DNA from: Haliotis rubra | Taxonomy: Eukaryota | Length of the DNA: 64,000 bases | Direction: 5' to 3' | Assembly: GCF_003918875.1 (NCBI RefSeq) | Contig: NW_025766781.1 | Span: 1,116,001 to 1,180,000, forward strand | Part shown: positions 53,542 through 64,000 of the stretch, in pieces | Layout of the letters: each line of letters starts with the position of its first letter | Position numbering within the stretch: position 1 is the first letter of the stretch | Program-made: the position numbers and the translations under genes | Notes under the pieces: model-generated | Database searches by the model: none | What the model saw: only the letters and a program-made list of their open reading frames with translations | What the model was told of the DNA's origin: nothing

Positions 53542-55065
53542 TACTCTCCCAAAAAGAAACGCATATAGGAATTTCAACTGTATTTTTATGTTTATTTTGA
53601 AACATCTTGTAGGCTTTATGAGTCAATGAAATATAGCGAAATTGCACACTGGGAATGCAGACTTATCCGTCTTTGGCACCAATTCGAAAGTCAGTTTGAG
53701 TGTCACATGGAGACGTGTGGTGGCGCTGAAGTCAATACCTCGTGTGACCACCGTGGGCATCCAGAACTGCACGGCATCGACTCGGCATCGAAGGAATAAG
53801 TCTCAGAATCTCGTGTTGCCCAATCGCAGCCCACTCTGCTTGTAGTGCCTGTGCGAGTTGCTGAAATTTCTGTGGCTGAGGGTTACGGCGTCGCACCCGT
53901 CTGTCCAGGGCATTCCACAGATGTTCGATCTGGTTGAAGTCCGGTGATCTTGAGGGCCAGGGGAGCACATTGATGTTGTGGTTCTGGAGGAAGTCTCTAG
54001 TGTGACGTGCGGTGTGGGGCCTGGCATTGTCCTGTTGAAACGACTCCCTTTGGCGATCAATGATTGGAAGGAGGTGTGGGCGTAGGATTTCGTCACAGTA
54101 CCGTTGAGCTGTCAGGTTGCCCTGGATAATCACCAAATCACTTCTCCTACGGCAGGTGATCTCTCCCCACATCATAACACTTTCCCGGCCGAATCTGTCC
54201 ACCTGGGGAACGCAAGCGTCGGCGAAACGTTCACGTCGACGTCTGTACACCCGCATTCTTCCATCGCGTCGTTCCAATAGAAATCGTGATTCATCACTGA
54301 ACCAGATTCTACGCCAATTCGGTAGGTTCCAGGCCTGAACGTTGGTGCACCATTGAACTCGATGTCGACGATGTTGTTGTCGAAGCACTGGGCCAAAATA
54401 AGGTCTTCTGGCACGTAAACCAGCCTCTGTCAACCTGTTCCTGACAGTCAGTGCAGAAAACCTCCTCAATCCGGGTTTTTGTTGAGCGGTACTGGTCGCC
54501 GTAGCTGTTCGATGACGCAGGTGATGTACCCGGATGTAGCGATCCTGCGCCGCAGTGGTCGCTCGAGGCCGCCCACTACGAGGGCATCTGCTACCGCATT
54601 CTGCCGGTGATATCTCTCCTAGAGCCGTGAAATGGTGCTTTGGTGAACATTCATGCGTCGGGCAACTGCACGTTGAGACTGGCCAGCTTCAAGCAAACCA
54701 ATGGCGATATGACGGTTGGCTTCACTTAGATGTGGCATTTAGCGTTCGTCAACAATATTCCAAATACAATGAATAATCGACAGACAGCGATCAACCTTTT
54801 CTACCCATCATTGAGACTATCTGATCCCCAACTTTCACGTGCATTGCATGTGAATTGTGTATTCTGTGACACTACACGCCGAAATTGAAAATCATGCTGA
54901 TCAATACGGGTATTTTACGGATGGTGCGTTTTGTTGTGATGTTTCAAAACATAAACACCATAGGACTCATAAACAGAGCAAAACCTTTTTTAAAATGAAT
55001 CACGTTTCAATTCATTGCTACATGAAATTGCTATTTTCATGATGCGTTTCTTTTTGGGGAGAGTA
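53542..55065 (-). mobile_element. Tc1/mariner DNA transposon (DD34E), ~1.5 kb, defective
   Basis: TIRs 'tactctccc(c)aaaaagaaacgcat' at both ends, with flanking TA; a different family from the 37.4 kb element. Confidence 0.95.
53732..54738 (-). pseudogene. Tc1-family transposase pseudogene
   Basis: Start MPHLSEANRHIAIGLLEAGQSQRAVARR (ATG at 54738), N-terminal region disrupted; intact C-terminal 245 aa with WFSDES, FQQDNARPH, WPSRSPDFNQIEHLW (DD34E) and GGHTRY*. Confidence 0.93.
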
Positions 55066-55114
55066 TATATCATGTGTAAATAACTCCCCGCAAAAGGATA
55101 GTAAGGCTTGTATG

Positions 55115-55345
55115 GTTGGTTGGATGTTGTTTAACGCCGCACTCAGCAATATTCCAGTTATATGGCGACGGTCTGTATATTATCTAGTCTGGACCAGACA
55201 AACCTGTCATCAACAGCATGGGCATCGATCTACGCAATTGGGATACGATATAACGTGTCAACCAAGTCAGCGAGCCTGACCACCTGATCCCATTAGTGGC
55301 CTCTTACGACAAGCATGGGTTGCTGAAGATCAATTCTAACGTGGA
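55115..55345 (-). mobile_element. SINE-like family A
   Basis: Reverse copy with (GGTT)n-type tail. Confidence 0.85.
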
Positions 55346-55569
55346 AGGATCTAATCTAAGGACAATTTCTGCATTTTACAATAGAACCGACAATAGGATT
55401 GGGTTTCAATTAATAATTCCAAAATAATTAATCAATATAACAAATGTTATATTCTGTATTTTTTCGTAAAGTTGAATTCGATAGTGAGGAGATGAAAACA
55501 TAATTGTATTTAGAGATAAATCTATCATTCTTTTAAATAAATAATTCATCGCAGAAAGTATGCTACCCA

Positions 55570-55810
55570 TCAAATGTTTAGACTCACTAGTGTAAATTTA
55601 GCCACTTACTTCAGGCAACTGTTCTAAACTGGATATTCCATACTGTTAAAAGGTACTGTTTACACATGAACTGCTGTACTGTAGAACAAATCCAGTAGCC
55701 AGCTACTAGAAGCCATTAACATCAAGAGACTCCAACCGGTCTTGAACATAGACCAAGGATATTACATCCCCACTGCCTACAACCAACTCATCACCAAGCA
55801 ATCTTAATCC
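55570..55810 (+). mobile_element. 3' fragment of an older Penelope-like element (GIY-YIG C-terminus)
   Basis: LLEAINIKRLQPVLNIDQGYYIPTAYNQL* (~55703-55807) matches the 'LEAixI...LNxDxG' end of PLE endonucleases; probable pLTR tail resumes at 58162-58260. Confidence 0.65.
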
Positions 55811-55976
55811 CATTATTCTCCTGTCTGTCATATCACTGGCTTCCTCCCAATAATCCCCCATAGCTTACTCTGTTTGTGTAACAATTGCCTTCTTGTGTAA
55901 ACATCCTCCAATCTTGTACATCAACCTCATTAATTGTGCAAACATCAATCACATATAGTTCAACTTTACTATCTAC

Positions 55977-56002
55977 ATATATATATATATATATATATAT
56001 AT
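55977..56002. repeat. (AT)n microsatellite
   Basis: Visible; lies next to the PLE insertion boundary. Confidence 0.95.
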
Positions 56003-56077
56003 CTACTAACACTAACACCGTTATCAAGCAAATGATGTACAATACTAGAGGCAAGGTATATATATACTAGTATATAT

Positions 56078-57982
56078 ATGTTCATCATAATAAAAGAAGC
56101 TGACAAAGGCGGAGCAACAGTGATAATGGATTCAACGAACTACAAACACATGGCAATGGACTTACTCCTGGACGAAGGTACTTATGTCCCGTGCGGTGAA
56201 AAAGAGTCAGACAGTGTACTTCGGAAATTAAAGAACCTAACCAGTCAGTACTCAGAAGAGCTGACATCAAAGGAATTACATTATATAACACATTTTGACT
56301 GCAAATCGAGCAATTTCTATGGCTTACCCAAAATTCATAAAAGTAAGGAGATCATAAGACAATGTACAAATCCTAAAAGCAGCTATGTTGAGATGGAACA
56401 CCCGGGAGATTTGAAACTCCGACCTATAATTGCAGGCCCAGCGTGTGCTACACATAGACTAAGTAATTTCATTGATATTTTATTAAAACCAATATCATCA
56501 AATGTTAAAAGTTTTACTCGTGACACCATGCATTTCCTTTCCTCTTTACCACAAAACGTTAATGAAACAAGCAAACTTGTAACTTTTGATGTAAAAAAAT
56601 TGTATTCAAATATCCCGCACAGCCTAGGAATTAAAGCGTTGGATTATTGGTTAAACCGTTGTGAAGAACACATTCCTGAGCGAATTTCAAAGTCATTCAT
56701 TTTGGAAAGCGTTGAATTCATCTTAAAAAACAATATTTTCTTTTTTGACGATAAGTACTATAAACAGATTAAAGGAACAGCCATGGGAACCAAAATGGCG
56801 CCGACTTATGCGACGCTTGTCTTAGGATATCTGGAGGAAAAGTTCAAGCATAAAATCAATCAAATTCTTGGAGAGGATGTTGCCCATTATTTCATGGAAA
56901 ATTGGAAAAGATTTCTAGACGACTGCTTCATAATTTGGCCATTTTCTGAGGAGAAACTAAATACATTTTACGAACTATTAAATAGCATGGACGAAAATCT
57001 TGTTTTCACTATGGAGGCAGATCAAACTAAAACAGCTTTCTTAGACACAATGGTCATCAAATCAAGGGCGGAAATTGGACACAGATATCTTCTACAAACC
57101 TACAGATACGAAACAATATTTAAACTTCAAATCGTGCCATCCGAGCCACACACCAAAAGAAGTCTTCCATATAACCTGGCACGAAGAATATGTACAATAG
57201 TTTCAAACCAAGACACCCGCAATCAAAGACTGAATGAACTTAGGACGTTTTTACTATTACGGGAATATCCAAAATCTCTTGTTGAAGACGGAATATATAA
57301 AGCTTTACAGCTTAATAGAGACGATATTTTGACAGGAACGATGAAACAAACCAATGAGGAAAAAGTAATTGCTTTTGTATCTACTTATAATCCATTGAAC
57401 CCAAATGTGTTCCAGAACATAAAAACAAATATGTGCATCTTAGAACAAGATGAAAAACTGAAATCTATGCTGAAATCTAGAAAATAATAAATAGCAAAAA
57501 GACAAAATCAGAATCTTAAAAGATACTAACAAAAGCCAAATTTATTTCAAAGAAACAGAATTTATCAAATCCTACTGTGTCTAGATGCAACAGAGGTAAC
57601 TGTGGAACGTGTCGACATATTGTTGAAGGACACTCTGTAACTTTCACGAGACACGGAGAATTCTATGTAAAACAGAATTTTGACTGCTCTTGCAAAAACA
57701 TAATATATGTCATAACATGCACAGGCTGTAATGAACAGTATATTGGTCAATCAGAAAATTTAAGAGCCCGGGTTCGTGTCCACAAACAACAAATAAAGTG
57801 TCCTGAAACCCGATGTATCCCACTGAGTGAACATCTAGATGTCTGTGCGAAAGGAAACGATGTTAAATTTACAATATTTCCTTTTTTATCAAGTTCAAAA
57901 TTCGGACAAAGTAAAACGAATTTTAAAAGAACACTACTTCATTGACAAGTACAAACCAATGTTAAACCATTGCAAGCTGTGA
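56078..57982 (+). pseudogene. PLE reverse transcriptase / GIY-YIG endonuclease, truncated and frameshifted
   Basis: Motifs ADKG, FYGLPKIHK, LRPII, FDVKKLYSNIP, GTAMGTKMAPTYA, RFLDD, Cys linker CNRGNCGTC, and NIIYVITCTGCNEQYIGQS. Compensating frameshifts at ~57065-57145 and further shifts at ~57480-57540 and ~57890. Confidence 0.93.
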
Positions 57983-58059
57983 CCTTGTCGCTCTAGAATG
58001 TTGTCCCTATTATGACGTCACAATATATATGTAATGACGTCATACTGTAACCGCTACAA

Positions 58060-58095
58060 TCTCCCTGAAGAGTAAAGAACGAAACATGTTGGAGA
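58060..58095 (+). ncRNA. Minimal type I hammerhead ribozyme
   Basis: TCTCC-CTGAAGA-GT-aaaga-AC-GAAA-CATG-TT-GGAGA: stem I TCTCC/GGAGA, CUGANGA and GAAA cores, 2-bp stem II, palindromic stem III (AACATGTT), GUU cleavage triplet. This is the known architecture in PLE pLTRs. Confidence 0.85.
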
Positions 58096-59165
58096 AAAAG
58101 GCATTCTGTTTTTTATTTATCTATGCAATATTGTACATCATTTGCTTGATAACGGTGTTAGGAGCTACACCGAAACGTCGCTCATATTATATTAAAGAAG
58201 TTGTATATCCATAGAACTCTCCTCGTTGTTCATCACACCAACTTCTAAATGCCACTCAAAAAAGTTGAAAAGATTATTGTCATGAGTTCAATAAATGATG
58301 AAACTCAGTGAAAATTGGCGAATTCTTAACAATACTTTACACCAAAACGCAGCTCTTCCAATGCACGATATTTGCACATGCTTTTCACCAATTTGATGCA
58401 TGATCCTTGTGCAATTCAGTGTATGGTTTGAGAGGCACATATACACAATGCATTTGACAATCTTCCTCTGTGTCTGTTTCCTATAATTGCTTGTGCAGAA
58501 ATTTGTTATTGTAAACAAGGGTGAGAGGGGTTTTATAAGTTGTAAGAAACTGTCCCCGATTCTTTTCACTTGGTGAATAAAATATGTTTAAACTAAACTA
58601 TACAATTGTATGGAAGCATATTTTCATTGATTCGGTACAGAATATAACATGTGTTATAAATTAATTAGTTTAGTGTCATTTACTGGTTTCTCTACTCTGC
58701 TGAAACTCTAAACTAATTAATGTAACAATTTCTTATTAAACCATTCACCCTCAGAGGCTGGCGCGCAATCGCACACAAAATCCGCAATATCTGTGGGTTT
58801 GAATCCTGTATGAAACTTAACCCATTAACAACTAGAATCTACCTCAACTCTCCTTCATTCTCTCTCCTCTTCCCTCTCTCGATTGGCCTTTGGTACTTTC
58901 ATCCCCTTATCTATCCCATTTTAGCTGCGGTAGTTACAGAGAATTGTAACTAACGAGTCTAACTAGGTCAGTAAGACGTGACGGTTAGAAATAACGATTA
59001 TCTGCCTTTAGGGGGCGGGTTTATTCTCGTAAGACCGCTAACCTTCAGTACCAATGCTTCTAGGCAGCGGTTTATGTCTCACATTGGCCCAAATCGGTTT
59101 CAGGCATTAGATAAAACTCTCTTGAGATTTTATGGGATTTATTTTATTTAGTGTCTGATTCTTGT

Positions 59166-59239
59166 CAGTACTAGTAGTATACCAAGCCACTCTAGGGAAC
59201 AATAGGGGCGACCATAGGCTGTTATCTTATTAGAAGAGG

Positions 59240-59270
<31 letters not shown>

Positions 59271-60707
59271 TTATTCAGTATATGAGGCCACATGGCCAAG
59301 AGTACAAACATATAAGAACAATATTGTGCGGATGGACAGAAAAAAAACAATGTAATTAGTTCCTTTTCATACAGGCAAGTTACGCTTTAGAAATAATGCT
59401 ATTGACTTCAATAGATGTGCATTTGTTGTTGTTAAAAGTTGTTTAAATTTTAATCTTGATGGTATGGTAATAACTAGGTAAGTACAGTTTTCTTTGTAGA
59501 GAATAGAATGGACACACAAGTAAAAGATGAAATTCATCCTGTGTAACATTAAAATCACATTTGTCACATATCAATACATTGGAATTTATATTATTATTAT
59601 AACGTTGTTGTTGAACATTTAACTTATGGCTTAAACAGCGGAATTTGCATAAAATGCGTATAAGGTCCTTGTTATGACAAAGTTTCAATATGTATTTTTC
59701 AGGTTCGAGGGCGGACTTGATTGCTCCATAGTCTTTAAGAAAAGATGATGTTATCCTAGAGTGCCAATTTGGAATTTCAATATCTTGACATCTTTGTCTA
59801 AATTCACTTATAAACGTTTCTATATTCCCACATTCCTGTGTAATCCAAACGTTAGAAAATCCAGTGCGGAATAAAAGTAGACGCATATGCGTAACCCAGT
59901 TGCAGCTGCCACTATCGTCTTGCAGCTTTAACATTTCATAACATGATTTGGGATTTCGATTATTGTCCATATGTAATATTCTGCACCAATATTTGATACA
60001 TCTGCCGTAATATTTAAGGCTTAATTGGGTCCTACCAATTTCACCAAGTACAGCATTGGAAGAAACATTGTTATTAACACACAGAAAACGTTTGAAAAAG
60101 AAACATTGGACTTTCTCAATGTGAGGACGATATGAATGCCCCCAGATAACAATGGCTGGTCAGAAGTTACTGCGAATGAAAATGTTGTAATATCTATTAC
60201 TGACACTGTTAGGATGTCGGATGTATTATCAAAATTAATATCTCTTATAATAGTCATGTGTATTAAAGCCACGCCGTTGATGTGTGCGCTGCGCTGCCTG
60301 ATAATAATATATTTAATTATTGACCCACATTGGTGATCAATGGTCGCTGTTTATCGACATTAATAGATCAGCTATAATAGCACCCGCTCATGACCTTCTC
60401 TATTGATTTTGAAATACTTGCTAGATTTCATGAACAATACAACTTAATTCTTATACATGTTAACTAATAATGCTATTTCACCTATTGATGTTATCTAGAT
60501 GAATTAATATGTAAACATACCTATGGAGCCTCCGGGTTGATGTTATCTAGATTAATTAGTGAGAAAATATGCCTATTGTGTCCTCCGGGCTGATGAGTCT
60601 CCAGATAATTTAATCCGGGCAGATGATTATCTAGATTAATTAATAAGATAACAGCCTATGGTCGCCCCTATTGTTCCTTAGAGTGGCTTGGTATACTACT
60701 AGTACTG
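59166..60707. mobile_element. Non-autonomous DNA transposon / MITE-like element with long TIRs
   Basis: ~67-bp near-perfect inverted repeat (cagtactagtagtataccaagccactctagggaacaataggggcgaccataggctgttatcttatta) at 59166-59232 / ~60641-60707; subterminal repeats 'gatgttatctagat(t/g)aatta'. TSD not resolved because the ends are palindromic. Confidence 0.8.
59233..60147 (-). mobile_element. 5'-truncated CR1/L2-group LINE 3' end with (CTT)n tail
   Basis: IWG...IEKVQCFFFKRFL...AVLGEIGR...IKYW...CKFRCLSHKL...CDKC...DEFHLLLVCPFY C-terminal motifs; AATAAA then (CTT)n at 59233-59276; nested in the left TIR of the MITE. Confidence 0.85.
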
Positions 60708-61659
60708 TTGCTACTACACGCCCTATGTTCTACTCCCAACAGTGTGCTCAGGTTACCATTAACGACGCCTGTCTGAAAATGGAATTTCTCGACTATAATG
60801 AATCAGGTATGAATGATACGACATGATGGAAACATGAGTGTGTGCGTCCTACGGAACATTTAGCAATGTATTTGTGTGCTTGCTCGTGAGTACCACCAGG
60901 GTCGTACGGTGGTAGGGAAGGAGCGATAAGTATATAGATATCACCATCAGCTACAATGACTAGACATGTCCTACGCCAGGTGAAACAGGACGCAGAAGGT
61001 TCTAGCGTGGAAGTGAGAATAAACTTTACAACGTGGAAATCAGACGTGTGAAAAAGCAAATCCAAGAGTAGTTCATTTTTAGAAAGAGTCAAACACTCTT
61101 GAGTCAAAGTGGCGGCACTTGCATAAATGCTTCGCGTTATCTGGGGTTCGACACAACCGAAAAATAAGTGAGTAAAGACAGATTACGAAGGGGACAGGTT
61201 TTGACTTTGATACATTTTACATTCGACACATAAAAATTTGTCTTAAATGTGTTTTACTGTAAATTTAAATATATTGGGTACATATGTACTGTTTGGTGTG
61301 TGAAAATTGGAACGGGTTTTCACCTTCCTGTGATTCAAAGTGACATTTGATGGACAGAGAGTTATATATGCGACATATACATGTTCACGAGGAACCTATC
61401 ATGAAAATGATATTTGCTGAGATTGCAAAATGTCACGTAATGTCATGAAATGTCGAACCTTTTTAACTATATAACATTATGTTCCTGCATAAAGGTCACA
61501 GCATACGAAATCTTACTTTGCAGAAATTTAGTGTTTTTTATTGTTCTTTAAATGACACATATGTTGCCACTACGCCCTCCAATGAGTCATCATTGCCTTG
61601 CAGCAGAGTCAACGTTTGTGGTCATGCTGGGTGATCTATATGCTGCCTTCATAATACTA

Positions 61660-61852
61660 NNNNNNNNNNNNNNNNNNNNNNNNNNNNNNNNNNNNNNNNN
61701 NNNNNNNNNNNNNNNNNNNNNNNNNNNNNNNNNNNNNNNNNNNNNNNNNNNNNNNNNNNNNNNNNNNNNNNNNNNNNNNNNNNNNNNNNNNNNNNNNNNN
61801 NNNNNNNNNNNNNNNNNNNNNNNNNNNNNNNNNNNNNNNNNNNNNNNNNNNN
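61660..61852. other. Assembly gap (193 N)
   Basis: Run of N; the right side begins inside a SINE tail. Confidence 1.
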
Positions 61853-61970
61853 GCAATATTCCAGCAATATCACGGCAGGGGACGCCAGAAATGGGCTTTA
61901 AACATTGCACCCATATTGAATCGAAGCCGGGTCTTCGGCGACACGAGCGAACGTTTTAACCCTACCACCC
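61853..61970 (-). mobile_element. tRNA-derived SINE family B, truncated by the gap
   Basis: 'gcaatattccagcaatatcacggcaggggacgccagaaatgggctt'. Confidence 0.8.
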
Positions 61971-62562
61971 CATGATGGTTAGATGCAGAGCTAGCTAAAC
62001 TATATTATTTCTATGCTAATCGAATCCACGAGATGGAATAAGTGTAAGAAATCCCTTCATTAAAGCGTTTGGTGAGACAAGGGTATCGATATCACATGAT
62101 CTGAGCTCACATGAAAACCGCCGACAATATCGAACACAGAAAGGCAATTGGACATTCCCTTGAGTGGGTTTATTGAGTGAAACTCATTCTCAGATTGTCT
62201 ATAATTATGGAAATGGGTTTGGAGGTAGATAATCTTTGTAAGGCATATATTTAATCTTTTATCAATAAATAAGTAAAAAATGTTTTGTATCTCTTCCTGA
62301 AATCGTTGTATTGCTAATATAATACTATATTCTATTTCTAAGATAAGATTCACGAACGTTATAATACCAACAGAGAAAGGGGCGTTTGGAAAATATATAA
62401 ATGAGGTCATGCCTTGCGATGTCATAAGATGTCATGGCATACGAATATCACTATTACAGATGTGTGTGTTTTTCTTAATTTCATGCTAACTACATCCACC
62501 AAACCTATTTTGCAGGGATTAAATAATGATACTATGTCAGAATTAAGGAGACAGGTACTTTT

Positions 62563-62707
62563 GTGAGTTAGTTTAGTTAGCAATATTCCAGCAATATCAC
62601 GGGGGACACCAGAAATGGACTTCATACATTATACCCATGTGGGGAATCGAACCGGGTCTCCAGCGTGACGAGCGGACGCTTTAACCACTAGGCGACCCAC
62701 CGCCCCG
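62563..62707 (-). mobile_element. tRNA-derived SINE family B
   Basis: Reverse copy with A/B boxes. Confidence 0.85.
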
Positions 62708-62846
62708 GCACAGTTTTAATTGCACAATTAGTAAAGGTCATAAATCATGAACAATACAGAATCATTGATATGTGGTAGTAAAGTGAAGGGAAGGGAACGT
62801 CCTTTATCTTTAATTGTATTTGTTGTTGTGTCCCCTAATCTAATGG

Positions 62847-63015
62847 TGAGTGAGTGAGTGAGTTTGATTTTACGCCGCTTTAGCAATATTCCGGCAATAT
62901 CACGGCGGGGGACACCGAAATGGGCTTCACACATTTTACCCATGTGGAGAATCGAACCTTGGTCTTCGGCGTGACGCGCGAACGCTTTACCCACTAAGCT
63001 ACCCACCCCACCCAC
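62847..63015 (-). mobile_element. tRNA-derived SINE family B
   Basis: Reverse copy with (GAGT)n tail; a further partial copy at ~63075-63132. Confidence 0.85.
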
Positions 63016-63504
63016 CCCCACACCCCCTAATCTAATAAAGAAAAGGCAAATATTGTTTACTTTGAGATATGTTCAGTCTAGTTTTACGCAGCTTTTAGCA
63101 AAATTCCAGCAATATCACGGCGGGGACACCAGATGACATATTGCATAACTCATTTCCGTCGAAACATTGCTGAAAATATTTCACATGCGACCAAACGTTT
63201 CCATCACCAATTTCATCATCAACATGATATGGAACATGTCATACAGTCAAGGTGAATTTGTAGATAGATACTTTTTGTTTTCTTTTTTTTTGTCTGTGGT
63301 TTAACGCTGCATTTGGCGATGTTCTGGCTATACCACTGCGGCCTGTCAATAATCAAGTTTGGAACAACAGCTTCAGCGATTGACAATGAAGATGAACAGT
63401 CCACACCATTGGTGGACGATGACAAGCAATCAAAACAATTCACCTGATCTGACAACCCGATCCATTAAGTCACGCTTTACGAAGCATTGGTTGCTGAGCA
63501 CCAA

Positions 63505-63740
63505 CCCGTGAACATCCGGGTTAGAATTGGTCTTCAGCAACCCATGGTTGTCGTAAGAGGCGACTAACGGGATTGACTGGTCAGGCTCGATGACTTGGTT
63601 GACACATGTCACCGTATCCCAATTGCGCAGATCGATGTTCATGCCATTGATCACCGGATTGTCTGGTCCAGACTTGACTCTTCCATACCGCCACCATATA
63701 GTTGGAATATTGCTGAGTGTGGCGTTTAACAACAAACAAG
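63505..63740 (+). mobile_element. SINE-like family A
   Basis: 'cccgtgaacatccgggttagaattggtcttcagcaacccatg...gaatattgctgagtgtggcgtt'; flanked by fragments of an older reverse copy. Confidence 0.85.
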
Positions 63741-64000
63741 TTAGCGACAGCAGCTCAAGCTCACTCGCCGTCGGTGGACGATGACAAACAATCGACAATT
63801 TCTGACCACCCCATCAAATACATCTCTTCTTACGACAAGCATGGGTTGCCGAGGATCAATTCTAACAAGAAATCCACATGGTAAAACTTGTTTTATACTT
63901 AACATATCGTGTCAGGTGCATTTCAGTACGCCTACTGGTGGGATCGGTGCTCTTTGATAACGACGCCATGTAATTTGTGACGCTGTTCAAGTCATCACGT

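Larger units (their letters stand above)
56012..58161 (+). mobile_element. Penelope-like retroelement (Neptune-like), 5'-truncated, with an inverted 3'-end copy at its 5' side
   Basis: RT plus GIY-YIG ORF, hammerhead in the 3' region, and a perfect 33-bp inverted repeat at 56012-56044 / 58129-58161. Confidence 0.92.

Noticed and set aside
60710-61200. Possible promoter or first exon (CpG-richer unique DNA, 'aa|gtgagt' donor-like site at ~61168; ORF 60793-61107)
   Set aside because: No downstream exon or recognisable product in the window; not supportable without transcript data.
61552-61959. ORFs spanning the N run
   Set aside because: Artefacts of the assembly gap.

Overview
AT-rich, repeat-dominated animal genomic DNA with no intact host gene. 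The SINE sequences suggest a gastropod, probably abalone (Haliotis); this is from my recollection of those repeats, not from a search. Bases 1 to about 53,500 are a large, decayed head-to-tail array of one ~8-13 kb unit. I count about 3-7 full or partial copies per block, with blocks labelled A-K. The unit keeps relics of protein coding: near-open frames of 100-160 codons, and one hand-aligned block where codon position 2 is almost invariant. No copy has an intact ORF and I cannot identify the ancestral protein(s). Layered on the array are a decayed Penelope-like RT that predates the duplications, four SINE-like families sharing a 3' tail (several with clear TSDs), two independently born 40-bp minisatellites and a Tc1 (DD34E) element. 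After the array come a second Tc1, a 5'-truncated Penelope-like element (RT + GIY-YIG, minimal hammerhead ribozyme, 33-bp terminal inverted repeat) nested in an older one, a TIR element carrying a CR1/L2-type LINE 3' end, a 193-N gap and more SINEs. Most short ORFs in the supplied track are spurious.
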